DNA of 64,000 bases from Antedon mediterranea. Taxonomy: Eukaryota > Animalia > Echinodermata. Within the stretch, counting starts at the first letter, position 1; every line of letters starts with the position of its first letter. Made by a program: the position numbers and the translations under genes. The notes beneath the pieces are model-generated. The model ran no database searches, was not told the origin of the DNA, and was given only the letters and a program-made list of their open reading frames with translations. The DNA lies in the NCBI RefSeq assembly GCF_964355755.1, contig NC_092676.1, forward strand, positions 29,654,871-29,718,870, written 5' to 3'. Positions 1-11,886 of this stretch are shown piece by piece.

Positions 1-126
1 CCGTGCCACATGATCAGTATTTATTTTAACCAATCAGCATCCACCCCAGGTCAACCGTGCCACATCATCAGTATTTATTTTAACCAATCAGCATCCACCC
101 CAGGTCAACCGTGCCACATGATCAGT
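1..126. repeat. 54-bp minisatellite (~2.3 copies, runs off window edge) in the last ORC3 intron
   Basis: ccgtgccacatgatcagtatttattttaaccaatcagcatccaccccaggtcaa recurs at 1, 55 and 109. Confidence 0.85.
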
Positions 127-294
127 TTTCTTTTTGGTATGTTTGATGAATCCCAGAAATTGAAGCTCTGATACAGCACGTATGAAACGTGCACTTTACA
201 CCAAGTTAAGGCCAAACTATCACTTTCGTATGCTTCCAATTATAAAATGACCAAAATTCAATAAAAAAATTGTTTTTAAATTTTTAAAGGATAC

Positions 295-2847
295 TGTAAA
301 ACCTGGTCTTCCTCTGTGTTTTCATCTTCATTCTCAGAGCTTCCTCCTTTTACTACAGTGATGAAAGCCTTTTAAAGAGAAAGATTTTAAGTTTTATTTG
401 TAAAAAGTGTATATCAAACAGCAGTAAAGTAAGGGGTATGGTACAAAAGTATAAAGATATTTAGATATTGGCATAAAGCTTGATACAATGAAATGTGAAA
501 AAGGAAACCATTTCTATCAGTTTTCCTGGAGTAAAAACAATAAAATGTTATCAAATTGGTCGCCAAGCAATAGACAAAAACACTTGAAACTCATTTATGA
601 CAATATTCAACAATTCTAAAGCTCTGTCTACACTATCAAACTTTATGTGACAACAATGTGATGTGCCTATATACTGTATGGACATGATAATGTCATATCA
701 CTACCATATTTGGGCACATCACACTTTTTTTGTCAAACCAGTTTGATAGTGTAGACACAGCCTAGCTTAAGATTGGTTTCCTCTTGGATGTGGGGGCAAC
801 ATAAGTGAGTTAAAGATCACAAGCAACAATTCAGTCGATTCATCGTGTCTTGTTTGGTTGCGTTGCGTCCAAGTGAGAACCAAGCTTTAGAATGGATTCA
901 CTAAATCTGAGAAATAGATAAAATGAATACCTGGAGCCAATCAAAGAGATTGATAAAACGGCCGCACTCTAGATGAAGCTTGTAGATGATACAAAGATCT
1001 GGGAATGATTCCACCATTCTTCCTGAATCAGTCTTACAACACTTACACTAACAGAAAAATCAAAGCATTTGTATTTTATTATAAATCTGTACAACTTTAT
1101 AATATTTTCGTTAGCAATTTTCACTAGTGCTTGCGAGGTTCTTCTAATGAACAAGGGTAGATGACACAAGATTCAATATTCTTTTATTGTCGCTTTAAGC
1201 TCTGTCTACATTATCAAACTTTATGTGACGTGCCCATATATGGACACAATGATGTCATATCACTACCATATTTGGGCACATCACACGTTTTTTGTAAAAT
1301 TAGTTTGATAGTGTAGACAAAGCTTTAAGGATATTCACTGGTAAATCGGTTTGACAAAAATTGGTTTTCCGAATGAATGAACCTTACAGATCAACTCATG
1401 GTTGGCAGAGCAGAATAAACTGGTTACCTGAAGATAGTAATGTGGGTTGCTAAGGGCAGTTTGCAGAGCAGCTCTTGGTGATGCATTGATGTGATGTCTG
1501 ACCTCTGACACAGCTGTACAGTAATACACTTCATACAATGGCATGCTTTGTGGACATTTTAAATAATTCCTGAAAAAAAAGGGAAGATATTAACTAATTT
1601 TAAGTAATGCAGGTCACAACACATTACTAAGTTGTCCTGATAAATACAACATTTGACATTAAATACCACATTCAATCCATTTACCTGAACATTTCTTGTA
1701 GGTATGTCATACAATCATCCCGAAGAGCTTCATACTTGGTCAGTTTTCTAGATTTCTTTGCGGACTCCATCAATTTCTTTTGAAGACTTCTTAACGTTGT
1801 TTTCTCTCTCCTTCCTGTTTCTTTCGTCTCCTCTATTGGTTCTGGTTCTGCCTTTTCTTCCTCTTCAACAAAATCATTACAGCTATCTGGAAAAAATAAA
1901 GAAACTTTCTATATTTAATTAGTCTTAAGCTCTGTCTATACTATCAAACTAGTTTGACAAAAGTGTGTGCACAAATATGGTAGTGATATGCCTAAATATG
2001 GTAGTGATATGACATCACATAAAGCTTTACTTCCTTTTGGTGTAGAGTATACCTAACTTTACAAGCATTTGTTTGTTGTAGTATAATATTGTTTGAAGGT
2101 TTGCCTGCCGAAAACACTCTTGAGGACGATCAAAGTGTATTGAAATGTACAAGAAACTCAACAGTTCTATAACTAACTAACTATATTATACTGTACATGG
2201 TGTACCGCACACTTTATATCAACATACTTCAAATGCAAATTTTAAAGTAATAAAGGTTTCACTTACCACCAAGTTTGATCAATCGTGTCCTAAAATCATC
2301 AAGTTTATCAGCTTCAGCATTTAGCTTGCTGCAGCTTTTTAACTTGACCTCACATTGACCTAGAAAACTGATTAGCTCATCTCTTGCAAACATTCTAAAA
2401 AGAAAAAATCATACATACATTTTATTTAGCTTAAAAATCATTTTTCCTAGCACCTGGCATACATAGTCACGTCATACTTACATACATATAGTGAGTGAGT
2501 GGCCGAGCGGTTAAGACAGTGGAACCGTAATTACGTAGCCATAACATCGGCATGGGTTCGAGGCTCACTCACTCCATGGTTCTGGTGGTAGAACGAGTCT
2601 TCTCGGATAAGGACTATAAACCGTAGGTCCAGTGTACACATCTAGCTCGTGTGCACTTTAAAGAACCTAGTGCATCTTTCGAGACGAGTAGGGGGTTACT
2701 CCGGTGTATTAGTACATCACAGCCACTGATCACCAACTGGGCCCTCTGGGAGACCAGCCTTGACTGAAGAGTTACCCAGTATAAATATATATTTCAATCA
2801 AACTTATGCTGGGAAAAACATAAAAATACTGGTCGTGCTATATAAAA

Positions 2848-2881
<34 letters not shown>

Positions 2882-5800
2882 GAAAACTTATATAGCGCCG
2901 GTATCCTCCACCCATGTGGCGCTCATGGCGCTTTGTGCATTAACAACGTGCGAGAACATCAGCGAATAGCGACGTCTTGTAACAATGATGGGTAAACAAA
3001 CATCTTTCCTAAAATGCAACTTTATTTAAGCATTTGAAATCTTCTACACTGCGTCTCATAACATTCTCATTTTCATCCTTTCACAACCTGATCCCTACCT
3101 AGCAAGATTATTGGCATGCTGATACTCCTCAGTGTTTACAATGGACATTTCCAGACACATGGCATACAACTCCCGTAGTTGTTTACCCAGCGGATGTTTC
3201 GGTAGACTGCGTGTGATGATGTGAAGGCAATGCATGATGGGTACAAATGTTGTATCATGGGAAAACATGACATTGGCCATTTCAGTGATAGCAATCTGTG
3301 GATTTTAAAATAAAAAAAACTATTAATTATAATGTTTATATGACATACACAAACTGTCTGTTTAACCTAATCTAATGTCTTCTAATGTCAATATATACAC
3401 AACTCACCGCAACTCAATGTAGACAGGCTTTAATGATAACGTTTAACATAATGTCTGTGCTTAAAGTAGCCTGTCTATCAATATATATAGTGTAAACGAC
3501 ATGCTTACTTTTGCTTCAGCTAAGTTCTTCTTAATAAGTACCTGCTTTTCTCCTTTGAGATGTGGAATGTATCTGCAATATTTAATGTAATGATTTTGTT
3601 AGCAATTATACATTGCATCTTAAACTAGAGAGCTTTTAATTTGCCATTTGTCATTGTCTGACCTAGAAGCCCCTAAACTGTGTTAGGATGAGAAGCAAGA
3701 ACACATGTCCCAATATTCCAGTATGTACACAGTGAATTGTCTGACCTAGAAGCCCCTAAACTGTGTTAGGATGAGAAGCAAGAACACACGTGCCAATATT
3801 CCAGTATGTACACAGTGAATTGTCTGACCTAGAAGCCCCTAAACTGTGTTAGGATGAGAAGCAAGAACACATGTGCCAATATTCCAGTATGTACACAGTG
3901 AATTGTCTGACCTAGAAGCCCCTAAACTGTGTTAGGATGAGAAGCAAGAACACATGTCCCAATATTCCAGTATGTACACAGTGAATTGTCTGACCTAGAA
4001 GCCCCTAAACTGTGTTAGGATGAGAAGCAAGAACTAACACATGTCCCAATATTCCAGTATGTACACAGTGAATTGTCTGACCTAGAAGCCCCTAAACTGT
4101 GTTAGGATGAGAAGCAAGAACACACGTGCCAATATTCCAGTATGTACACAGTGAATTGTCTGACCTAGAAGCCCCTAAACTGTGTTAGGATGAGAAGCAA
4201 GAACACACGTCCCAATATTCCAGTATGTACACAGTGAATTGTCTGACCTAGAAGCCCCTAAACTGTGTTAGGATGAGAAGCAAGAACACATGTCCCAATA
4301 TTCCAGTATGTACACAGTGAATTGTCTGACCTAGAAGCCCCTAAACTGTGTTAGGATGAGAAGCGAGAACACATGTCCCAATATTCCAGTATGTACACAG
4401 TGAATTGTCTGACCTAGAAGCCCCTAAACTGTTTTAGGATGAGAAGCAAGAACACACGTCCCAATATTCCAGTATGTACACAGTGAATTGTCTGACCTAG
4501 AAGCCCCTAAACTGTGTTAGGATGAGAAGCGAGAACACATGTCCCAATATTCCAGTATGTACACAGTGAATACAATTCAATTCATATAAAAATCAGAAAA
4601 TCCTTGTTAATACACTGCAGTTTAAAATACTGTACATGGAAAATGTGTAAACAATAGAAAAGTAGTATATTTAAAAGTTATAAAAAATAATTCATACATA
4701 CGAATTTATATGATATACTTGGCGCAAATCTACAGTTCCCTATTGTTAAAAGGCCTATATTGTATCAGTGTTAATAGCTAGAATTTATATGATATACTTG
4801 GCGCAAATCTACAGTTCCCTATTGTTAAAAGGCCTATATTGTATCAGTGTTAATAGCTAGAATTTATATGATATACTTGGCGCAAATCTACAGTTCCCTA
4901 TTGTTAAAAGGCCTATATTGTATCAGTGTTAATAGCTAGAATTTATATGATATACTTGGCGCAAATCTACAGTTCCCTATTGTTAAAAGGCCTATATTGT
5001 ATCAGTGTTAATAGCTAGAATTTATATGATATACTTGGCGCAAATCTACAGTTCCCTATTGTTAAAAGGCCTATATTGTGTCAGTGTTAATAGCTAGAAT
5101 TTATATGATATACTTGGCGCAAATCTACAGTTCCCTATTGTTAAAAGGCCTATATTGTATCAGTGTTAATAGCTAGAATTTATATGATATACTTGGCGCA
5201 AATCTACAGTTCCCTATTGTTAAAAGGCCTATATTGTATCAGTGTTAATAGCTAGAATTTTTATGATATACTTGGCGCAAATCTACAGTTCCCTATTGTT
5301 AAAAGGCCTATATTGTATCAGTGTTAATAGCTAGAATTTATATGATATACTTGGCGCAAATCTACAGTTCCCTATTGTTAAAAGGCCTATATTGTATCAG
5401 TGTTAATAGCTAGAATTTATATGATATACTTGGCGCAAATCTACAGTTCCCTATTGTTAAAAGGCCTATATTGTATCAGTGTTAATAGCTAGAATTTATA
5501 TGATATACTTGGCGCAAATCTACAGTTCCCTATTGTTAAAAGGCCTATATTGTATCAGTGTTAATAGCTAGAATTTATATGATATACTTGGCGCAAATCT
5601 ACAGTTCCCTATTGTTAAAAGGCCTATATTGTATCAGTGTTAATAGCTAGAATTTATATGATATACTTGGCGCAAATCTACAGTTCCCTATTGTTAAAAG
5701 GCCTATATTGTATCAGTGTTAATAGCTAGAATTTATATGATATACTTGGCGCAAATCTACAGTTCCCTATTGTTAAAAGGCCTATATTGTATCAGTGTTA

Positions 5801-8800
5801 ATAGCTAGTACAGATTATTTGAGTCTCTATTTTATCACTCGACCAAATGATACTTTGTTGTTTTTTGTTTAGTTTTTATATATGATATTGATGTTTGCTG
5901 ATTTTTGTCAAACTAAATGTTGAATTGAATGCAACATTTATTATGAGAAAACTTGCCTTTTGACAGACTGTAGTTGTAAAATCATATCAACATCATCTTT
6001 GTTCAACTTCTGGACACGGGAGGCCACATCTTGTTGTCTACAACATAACACACTTGCTGATTGGCTAAAAAAGTGCTCCATCATGGCAAACTATTTGAAA
6101 ATCAAACACACATTTTGATTAATACAGAGTATAAACTTTACTCTTTCTCTTTACTTTGTATATACATTTTAAATATTTATTAGATTGTTTCACGTACTTC
6201 TGTCTTTGGCCATTGGCCAATGGTTTCCATGGTTTCCTCTTTTAATATATATAAACACTGTTTATCTACCTGTAATCGTTTGATAAAGCTGGTTGTTGAA
6301 AAATCATGAAAAAGAAAAAGATCCAAAAGAAGCTGGAACACTTTGTGTCCGAGACGAAATGGATGATCTGGGTTGAGCAAGGTCTAAAAAGATACAATGT
6401 GATTGATTGTTGGTTTATGATAGGTGTAATCAATCATACCTAATCAATCATAGCTAATATAAATTTTAAATTGAAATTGTTTATGGCATGCTGATCTATG
6501 TTATATATATATATATTTTTTTTATATGTATTTTATTGTTAACCGTTTTTGATGTTGTATTGTTTTATGTTTCAAACCTGTTAGTGGCGGTATTTATCGC
6601 TGTTGGTTTTGACTGAATAAAATAAAAAATAATCAATAATAGCTAATCAATCATAGGTAATCAACTAAACTACCACTACACTGACTTCCAGTTCCGTGAT
6701 AATCAACATGAGGATTGTGGAAAATTTCAACGATGAATATGAAGAGGGAACAGTTTTTAAATTAATGAAGAAAATGCAAAAAAAACCTATTTCACTAATC
6801 AAACTAACCATTTGAATGACCTCTGATAGATACTCCGTAGAGGACTTAGATTGAAACTTTTCAATGCTAAGTAAGGATGACACATGTTGAGGAAGAAGGC
6901 GATGTACAACGGATACTGATGTTGCAATACCAAAAAGTAACACTATCGGAAGCTGCTTAATATTTTGACTAAAAAGAAATAAAAATTACAAATTCAGATA
7001 AACGTCAATCAAAATATATATTATAGAATTGCATAGAAGTGCATTAACAATTTAATAATATTGACCTTAACAAAACGCCTACAATGACCTTAACGAAACG
7101 CCTACAGTGACCTTAACGAAATGCCAATAATGACCTTAATGAAATGGCCGCTCTTGTCACCAGATTGTAATGTACTAAATGTATAACTTCCCTCATCGTT
7201 TATAATGATAATTTAAAATCAACATGAATTTCTTATCTGAGTAAAATGTTTATACACTGTTGTTCTCCAATAGGTGCTGCCATATTTGGGGTTTTTATGA
7301 ATTTAAAATTTTTACTGATATACTAATTAAAATGCTATATTTATTATCTTAATGTGCTACTAAGTAAGAGGGGAACACTGGCTCTTAGCCATAGGGATTT
7401 ACTTCCCTTTTGTGTGTCCTGCCACTTTACTTTGTAGTTATTTGTTTATTGTGTTTATGATGTTTATAGCAATAAGAATAGCATTCTGTTTGTTTACCTG
7501 CACATAATAATGAAGTCTTGTAGAACAGGAGAAGTAAAGCCTTCTAAATCTTCAACGATAACAACAATTGGTGGGAACTGTGGAAACGACACGTCAGAGG
7601 CCGCAGCCTTTGACAACCTTTTTCTAGGCGATTTGGACTGCTTCTTGACAGGCGACGTCTGAAATCAACCATGATAATGATATTGCTAGTTTCTAGAGCT
7701 AGAAATAACCCCCCTTTATGTTGGATATATTTAAACATGATAGCACCCTCTATGTTTGGAAATATCTAAAAATGATAGCACTCTCTATGGTTTATCTATA
7801 ATTTTATAAAATCTTGGAATTTTTGGATAATAATGTTCCTTTTACCAATCATACCAGAATTCAATTCTATTAAAAAACTCAAAATATGTAACAATTTAGA
7901 ACCTTCATAGTTGTATGATGATACCAGGAACAGAGGACAGACATTGTACATGGAACCTTTTTAATATCAATCTCATCTTCATCATCATCTAACTGCAGTA
8001 ACAAAAAGGAAGATAAAACAGATTAATGAATTACTTTAGGAATATTATTGAGTAAATAAAAAATATAAAGCTCTGTTTACACTATCAAACTTTATGTAAC
8101 AACAAAATGTGATGTACCCATGTATGGACATGATGATGTCATATCACTACCATATTTATGCAGTACATCACACTATTTTGTCAAACTAGTTTGATAGTGT
8201 AAACAGAGCTTAAATAATGAGATTAAAGCTATGTCTACACTATCAAACTAGTTTGACAAAACAAGTTTGACGTGCCTAAACATGGTAGTGATATGGCCAA
8301 ATATGGTAGTGATATGACATCATCATGTCCATATATGGTCACATCACATTTTTTTGTCACATAAAGTTTGATAGTGTAGACAGAGCGTTAGAGGAGTAAG
8401 ATTTACGCCCGTATTCTTAAACCGGACTTTAGTCGTAGTTCGAGCTAAAACTAAAAAAATGACGTCATTTTAATTCATAAACCGAACTTCAACTAAATCG
8501 CCGACTAATTCAGGCCAACCTCGACTAAATCGAGACGGATTTTGATCGATTTTTTTAGTCCTGAAGGGGGCAGGCTAAATGGTCGACTAAATGGTTTTTA
8601 AACGATGTTTATAAAAAACGTAACAGTCATTGAGTTGTTATATTGGCCAGATATTGAAGAATGAAATATCTATATTTATATTAGCTTAATTAAATATACA
8701 TTGGTATAAGTTATAATAATGAAAATCATCTTTATTTACAACTGTATACAAATTACATTATTTTCTTCGCGCAAGTCCGACTTGAGCTACGTCACGCCAT

Positions 8801-11052
8801 AGCGACAATGGGAGATGCGGCAATTCACCACGCGATGGAATGTTTAGGGGGCCTAGCGCTTTCTTGTCATGCTATGAAGTGCGTGGTTCGTGGCGATCAT
8901 ACTTTGTTGGGGGCCTAGAAAATATAAAAGTTACCGTACCGCCATGGTTCCTAAATATATTTTGAAGATTTTATTTGTTGTTAATCAAATATACTTCACT
9001 GTTAAATTAATACTGATATTGTTCTAATAATTAACGATTAAAATTATTTTTCATGTATATAGTCCTGATGCGTAAAAAGTGTTGTAAGAAATGGAAAGTG
9101 ATATCAATGCGCAAAATTTCGTCTGCTCCTCAAATACTCTCTTGTCATTGGCCAATGTATAGCCTTTGTTACCCAGACGTGTGCAACTCGACTAAAAGCT
9201 CGACTTCATTAAGTCGAACTGCAAACTTCGACTACTTCGTTTTTTAATCAAATTTGAAGTAATAGCTCGAACTACGACTTTTTCAAGTCGAACTTCGAAC
9301 TACGACTAAAGTCCGGTTTAAGAATACGGGCGTTAAGATGGATAATTTGATATGCTGACTCACCATATCACTAGTCTGCATTAATTGGCCAACAAGCTTA
9401 GCTAAAAGTGACTTGATGTTGGGACAATCTTTGGATGCTAGCTGAGCAATGTACGGGGTAATTCCATCCTTTAATTGATTGAACAAATTAGAATATATGG
9501 TATTGTGGTCTGGCATGTTGACACCTAATAAAGAAAATTAAATTATTATTATTATTAATAATAATATGAAATATGGCATAGTTGCTGTAAAAATGAAAAA
9601 GAAAACAACAATTAGTATAGAAAAGGGGTGATTAAATGGCACGAGTACAAGGTGATCGCCATGTCACCTAGCTAGGCTCAGAGTCATATATATAAAGAGT
9701 TGCGTTCACGGATTTTAAAAAGTCACATGGGGTGCATACCGGCCATCTTGGTGTCAAACTATGCTTATGTAGAGTATGGAGTCGAGTCATTTGCTTAAAA
9801 AGAGTATAGAAAGGGGTGATTAAATGGGACCAGTACGAGGTGACAACGCTATGCCATCTAGCTAGACTTATGCAGCCTAGCGAAAACAACACAGTGTAGA
9901 ATAATTGAAGGACTTGATTGGATGTGATTATCTTATGGGGTCGGCAAACTGGTAGGAACTCGTATCAAGATGCGTAATTTGTCACTGAAAACAGATTTTT
10001 GTAAGCAGGTTTATAATATAATATTACCTGTAATCAATGCTGCAGTTGGTACTTCATTAATAAGATGTTTACTCTTATGTTCTTTTAACCCAAATACGTC
10101 ATGAGATTGCTTTAGAAAATTTATTAACTCATCAAATATCTTGTCATAGACTTCTTCTTCCATCCCCTGCAATCAAAATTAGAAATACTTTTCGCAGATT
10201 CAAAGGGCCCCCTTTAAATTGTAATACACAAGATAGGAATTAAGGTCAGCACTTCATTTCAATATTTTTAAACCCTGCAGCCCCCAACAACCACCCCCCA
10301 CCCCCCAATTTCAAAATCCTGGGTCACCACTGGTTGCAAGAGAGGTACTAATTTAAATCTTAACTTCCAAAGAAACAAGAATTTCAATTTATAAGAAGCT
10401 CCTGGTATATATTTATTGAGGAGGAGATAATAAATTTACCTCCAAATCATCACGAATAGTATCCCACAATTCCCTATAAGTTGCAGCACGAATCTTCCTT
10501 CCTGCTGTAGCGCTTCCATCAGGATTTTGAAAATAATTTTCTGTAAAAAAAATATATTATTATTAATCACTTTTCAGTATGAAGGACAGAATGGATAAAA
10601 CAAATAAGAAAGTTAATAACAGTATAACAATATAAAAATACAGTTTTGTATAAGTAATATTATCATTTACACTTACCCGATTTCAACTGTTTCTTGTTTT
10701 TACTTTTGAATGCAAAACATCCCTATAAGTAAAACAATTAGTTACAAATTGTATGCTATATACCATGGATTAATCCATGTATATACTGTCACAGTGCAAA
10801 TTGAATGGCCGAGCATATTGCCAACAGAGGGCGGTAGACATTGTTTGCAAAGGGCTGCCTGTCCAAGCACTCGCTGTCACTAGCCTAGCCTTGGTAGGCC
10901 TAGCTAAATACAGTCATTATTAAATGTTTATATGAAAAAAGACTGTTTATAACTTCGGATGGTTGTCATTAGGCAACACAACTTATAAATACATTACACT
11001 TATAAAACATAGTTACCTTGGAAAAAGACGTGGTACCTGTTTCGCTCGTCAT
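295..11052 (-). CDS. ORC3: Origin recognition complex subunit 3 (3'-partial; final exon lies left of the window)
   Basis: Phase-consistent exons: 11017-11052, 10677-10722, 10440-10540, 10028-10166, 9364-9524, 7903-7992, 7498-7658, 6809-6968, 6270-6383, 5957-6090, 3509-3572, 3099-3295, 2267-2394, 1685-1886, 1428-1569, 931-1047, 295-368. The translation carries ORC3 motifs SKGCFAFK, EVPTAALITGVNMPDH, PPIVVIVEDLEGF..VLQDFII, LPIVLLFGIATS, LPKHPLGKQLRELY, NASPRAALQTALSNPHYYL and [26 protein letters not shown]. Confidence 0.95.
620..762. mobile_element. MITE family A (PIF/Harbinger-type), copy 1
   Basis: ~24-bp TIR AGCTCTGTCTACACTATCAAACT...AGTTTGATAGTGTAGACA(G/C)AGC; 9 related copies in the window. 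Confidence 0.85.
768..886. mobile_element. MITE family B, diverged copy
   Basis: Ends ...gttgcgtccaagtgagaaccaagct, matching the family B terminus seen at 31851. Confidence 0.5.
1198..1324. mobile_element. MITE family A, copy 2
   Basis: TIRs present; 3-bp TTA target-site duplication at 1195-1197 and 1325-1327. Confidence 0.9.
1928..2026. mobile_element. MITE family A, internally deleted copy, opposite orientation to copies 1-2
   Basis: agctctgtctatactatcaaactagtttgac...atggtagtgatatgacatc. Confidence 0.75.
2490..2790 (+). mobile_element. tRNA-derived SINE with Deu/Nin-like central domain
   Basis: Pol III A box TGGCCGAGCGG, B box GGTTCGAGGC; body tcttctcggataaggactataaaccg..ggtcc..gcactttaaagaacc..ttcgagacgagtagggg resembles the Deu/Nin SINE domain (from memory); AT-rich tail. 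Confidence 0.75.
2846..2960 (-). mobile_element. L2-type LINE/SINE 3' end with (ATT)n tail
   Basis: Minus strand reads aaagcgccatgagcgcc...ggcgctatataagttttcat followed by (tta)n. Confidence 0.5.
3653..4571. repeat. 83-bp minisatellite, ~11 copies, ORC3 intron 10
   Basis: attgtctgacctagaagcccctaaactgtg... recurs at 3653, 3736 and onward. Confidence 0.95.
4702..5808. repeat. 79-bp minisatellite, 14 near-identical copies, ORC3 intron 10
   Basis: gaatttatatgatatacttggcgcaaatctacag... recurs at 4702, 4781 and onward. Confidence 0.95.
7062..7145. repeat. ~23-bp tandem repeat, ~4 copies
   Basis: tgaccttaacgaaacgcctaca unit repeated. Confidence 0.7.
8069..8210. mobile_element. MITE family A
   Basis: TIRs; TAA duplication on both sides. 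Confidence 0.9.
8227..8387. mobile_element. MITE family A, inverted relative to the neighbour at 8069
   Basis: TIRs agctatgtctacactatcaaact / agtttgatagtgtagacagagcg. Confidence 0.88.
8406..9332. mobile_element. 927-bp non-autonomous DNA transposon (PIF/Harbinger-type)
   Basis: 38-bp perfect TIR CGCCCGTATTCTTAAACCGGACTTTAGTCGTAGTTCGA; TTA duplication at both ends; no transposase ORF. Confidence 0.88.
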
Positions 11053-11886
11053 GTTCGTTCCGCCGCGTAAACTTTTCTATTTAATTTATTTTAAAAACAC
11101 ACATGTAAAACACGTGGGTGAGTGTATCAAATAAAAACTACATCGTGTTAATCCGCTTTATTACTTGTGAGTAGACAATGCCCTATAAACTTTGTTTCTT
11201 ATTATTTATATTTTAATAAAACAATACTATTTAGTAACGAATTTTTTACATAACTTATATTTATTAAACTTTCTTCATTAATAATTTATTAGAGATCTTA
11301 TAATATAGCGCCGCTAATGTTTTTTTGACATGACTTGTTGGTATATCAATGAAGGGTCAATAAACTGTTTGATTTGATTGGTCGAAAGTTTAATTCGGTT
11401 ATAATGAGTCATTAAAAGTCATTTAACTTATTTTTTTTAATAGTCATTTATTCAAGGGACAAGCCTAGTAATCATCAAACCAGGCGTCAAAGTTTATTAT
11501 ATATGCCATTTGCCAAAATATTTATTTATTATTTATTGGACGTGTATATATTCATCAAAAGAAGCATAGATAGATAGTCTTATAATTCTAAAGTGAAACA
11601 GTGTTGAGATTGTTTTTAAGTAGGAAAAATGCATATAAGCCTATATCTATTTATCGTCGATTTTTATGCGTTCTAGTGTAAATAGGCTTTGAATAATAAA
11701 AAGGTAAACACAACGGTTATAAAGGCACAAATGGCGCGCCATCTTCTAGAGTTATGCGTCCTCTCTAGTGTAAAATAGGCTTTTAATCATAAAAAGGTAA
11801 ACACAACGGTTATAAAGGCACAAATGGCGCTCCATAAAATTAAAACTAAACTTTCTGAAAAAGATCCAAAAAAAAGTAAGCTAGGC
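11053..11886. promoter_or_regulatory. Probable bidirectional promoter of ORC3 and PYROXD1
   Basis: Divergent start codons ~835 bp apart; duplicated ~90-bp unit, each ending in a YY1-like CAAATGGCG; palindrome ATGGCGCGCCAT at 11731-11742. Confidence 0.6.

Noticed and set aside
2115-2156. Second hammerhead-like motif (ttgagga..gaaa)
   Set aside because: Core deviates from CUGANGA and stem II is broken; too degenerate
2494-2575. tRNA gene
   Set aside because: A and B boxes present, but it continues into a SINE body and the cloverleaf is not convincing
3653-5808. 83-bp and 79-bp arrays as CRISPR arrays
   Set aside because: No variable spacers; intronic minisatellites in a eukaryotic gene
10819-10836. 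CTCF-like motif TGCCAACAGAGGGCGGTA in ORC3 intron 1
   Set aside because: Single imperfect match; cannot be separated from chance without a PWM scan or ChIP data
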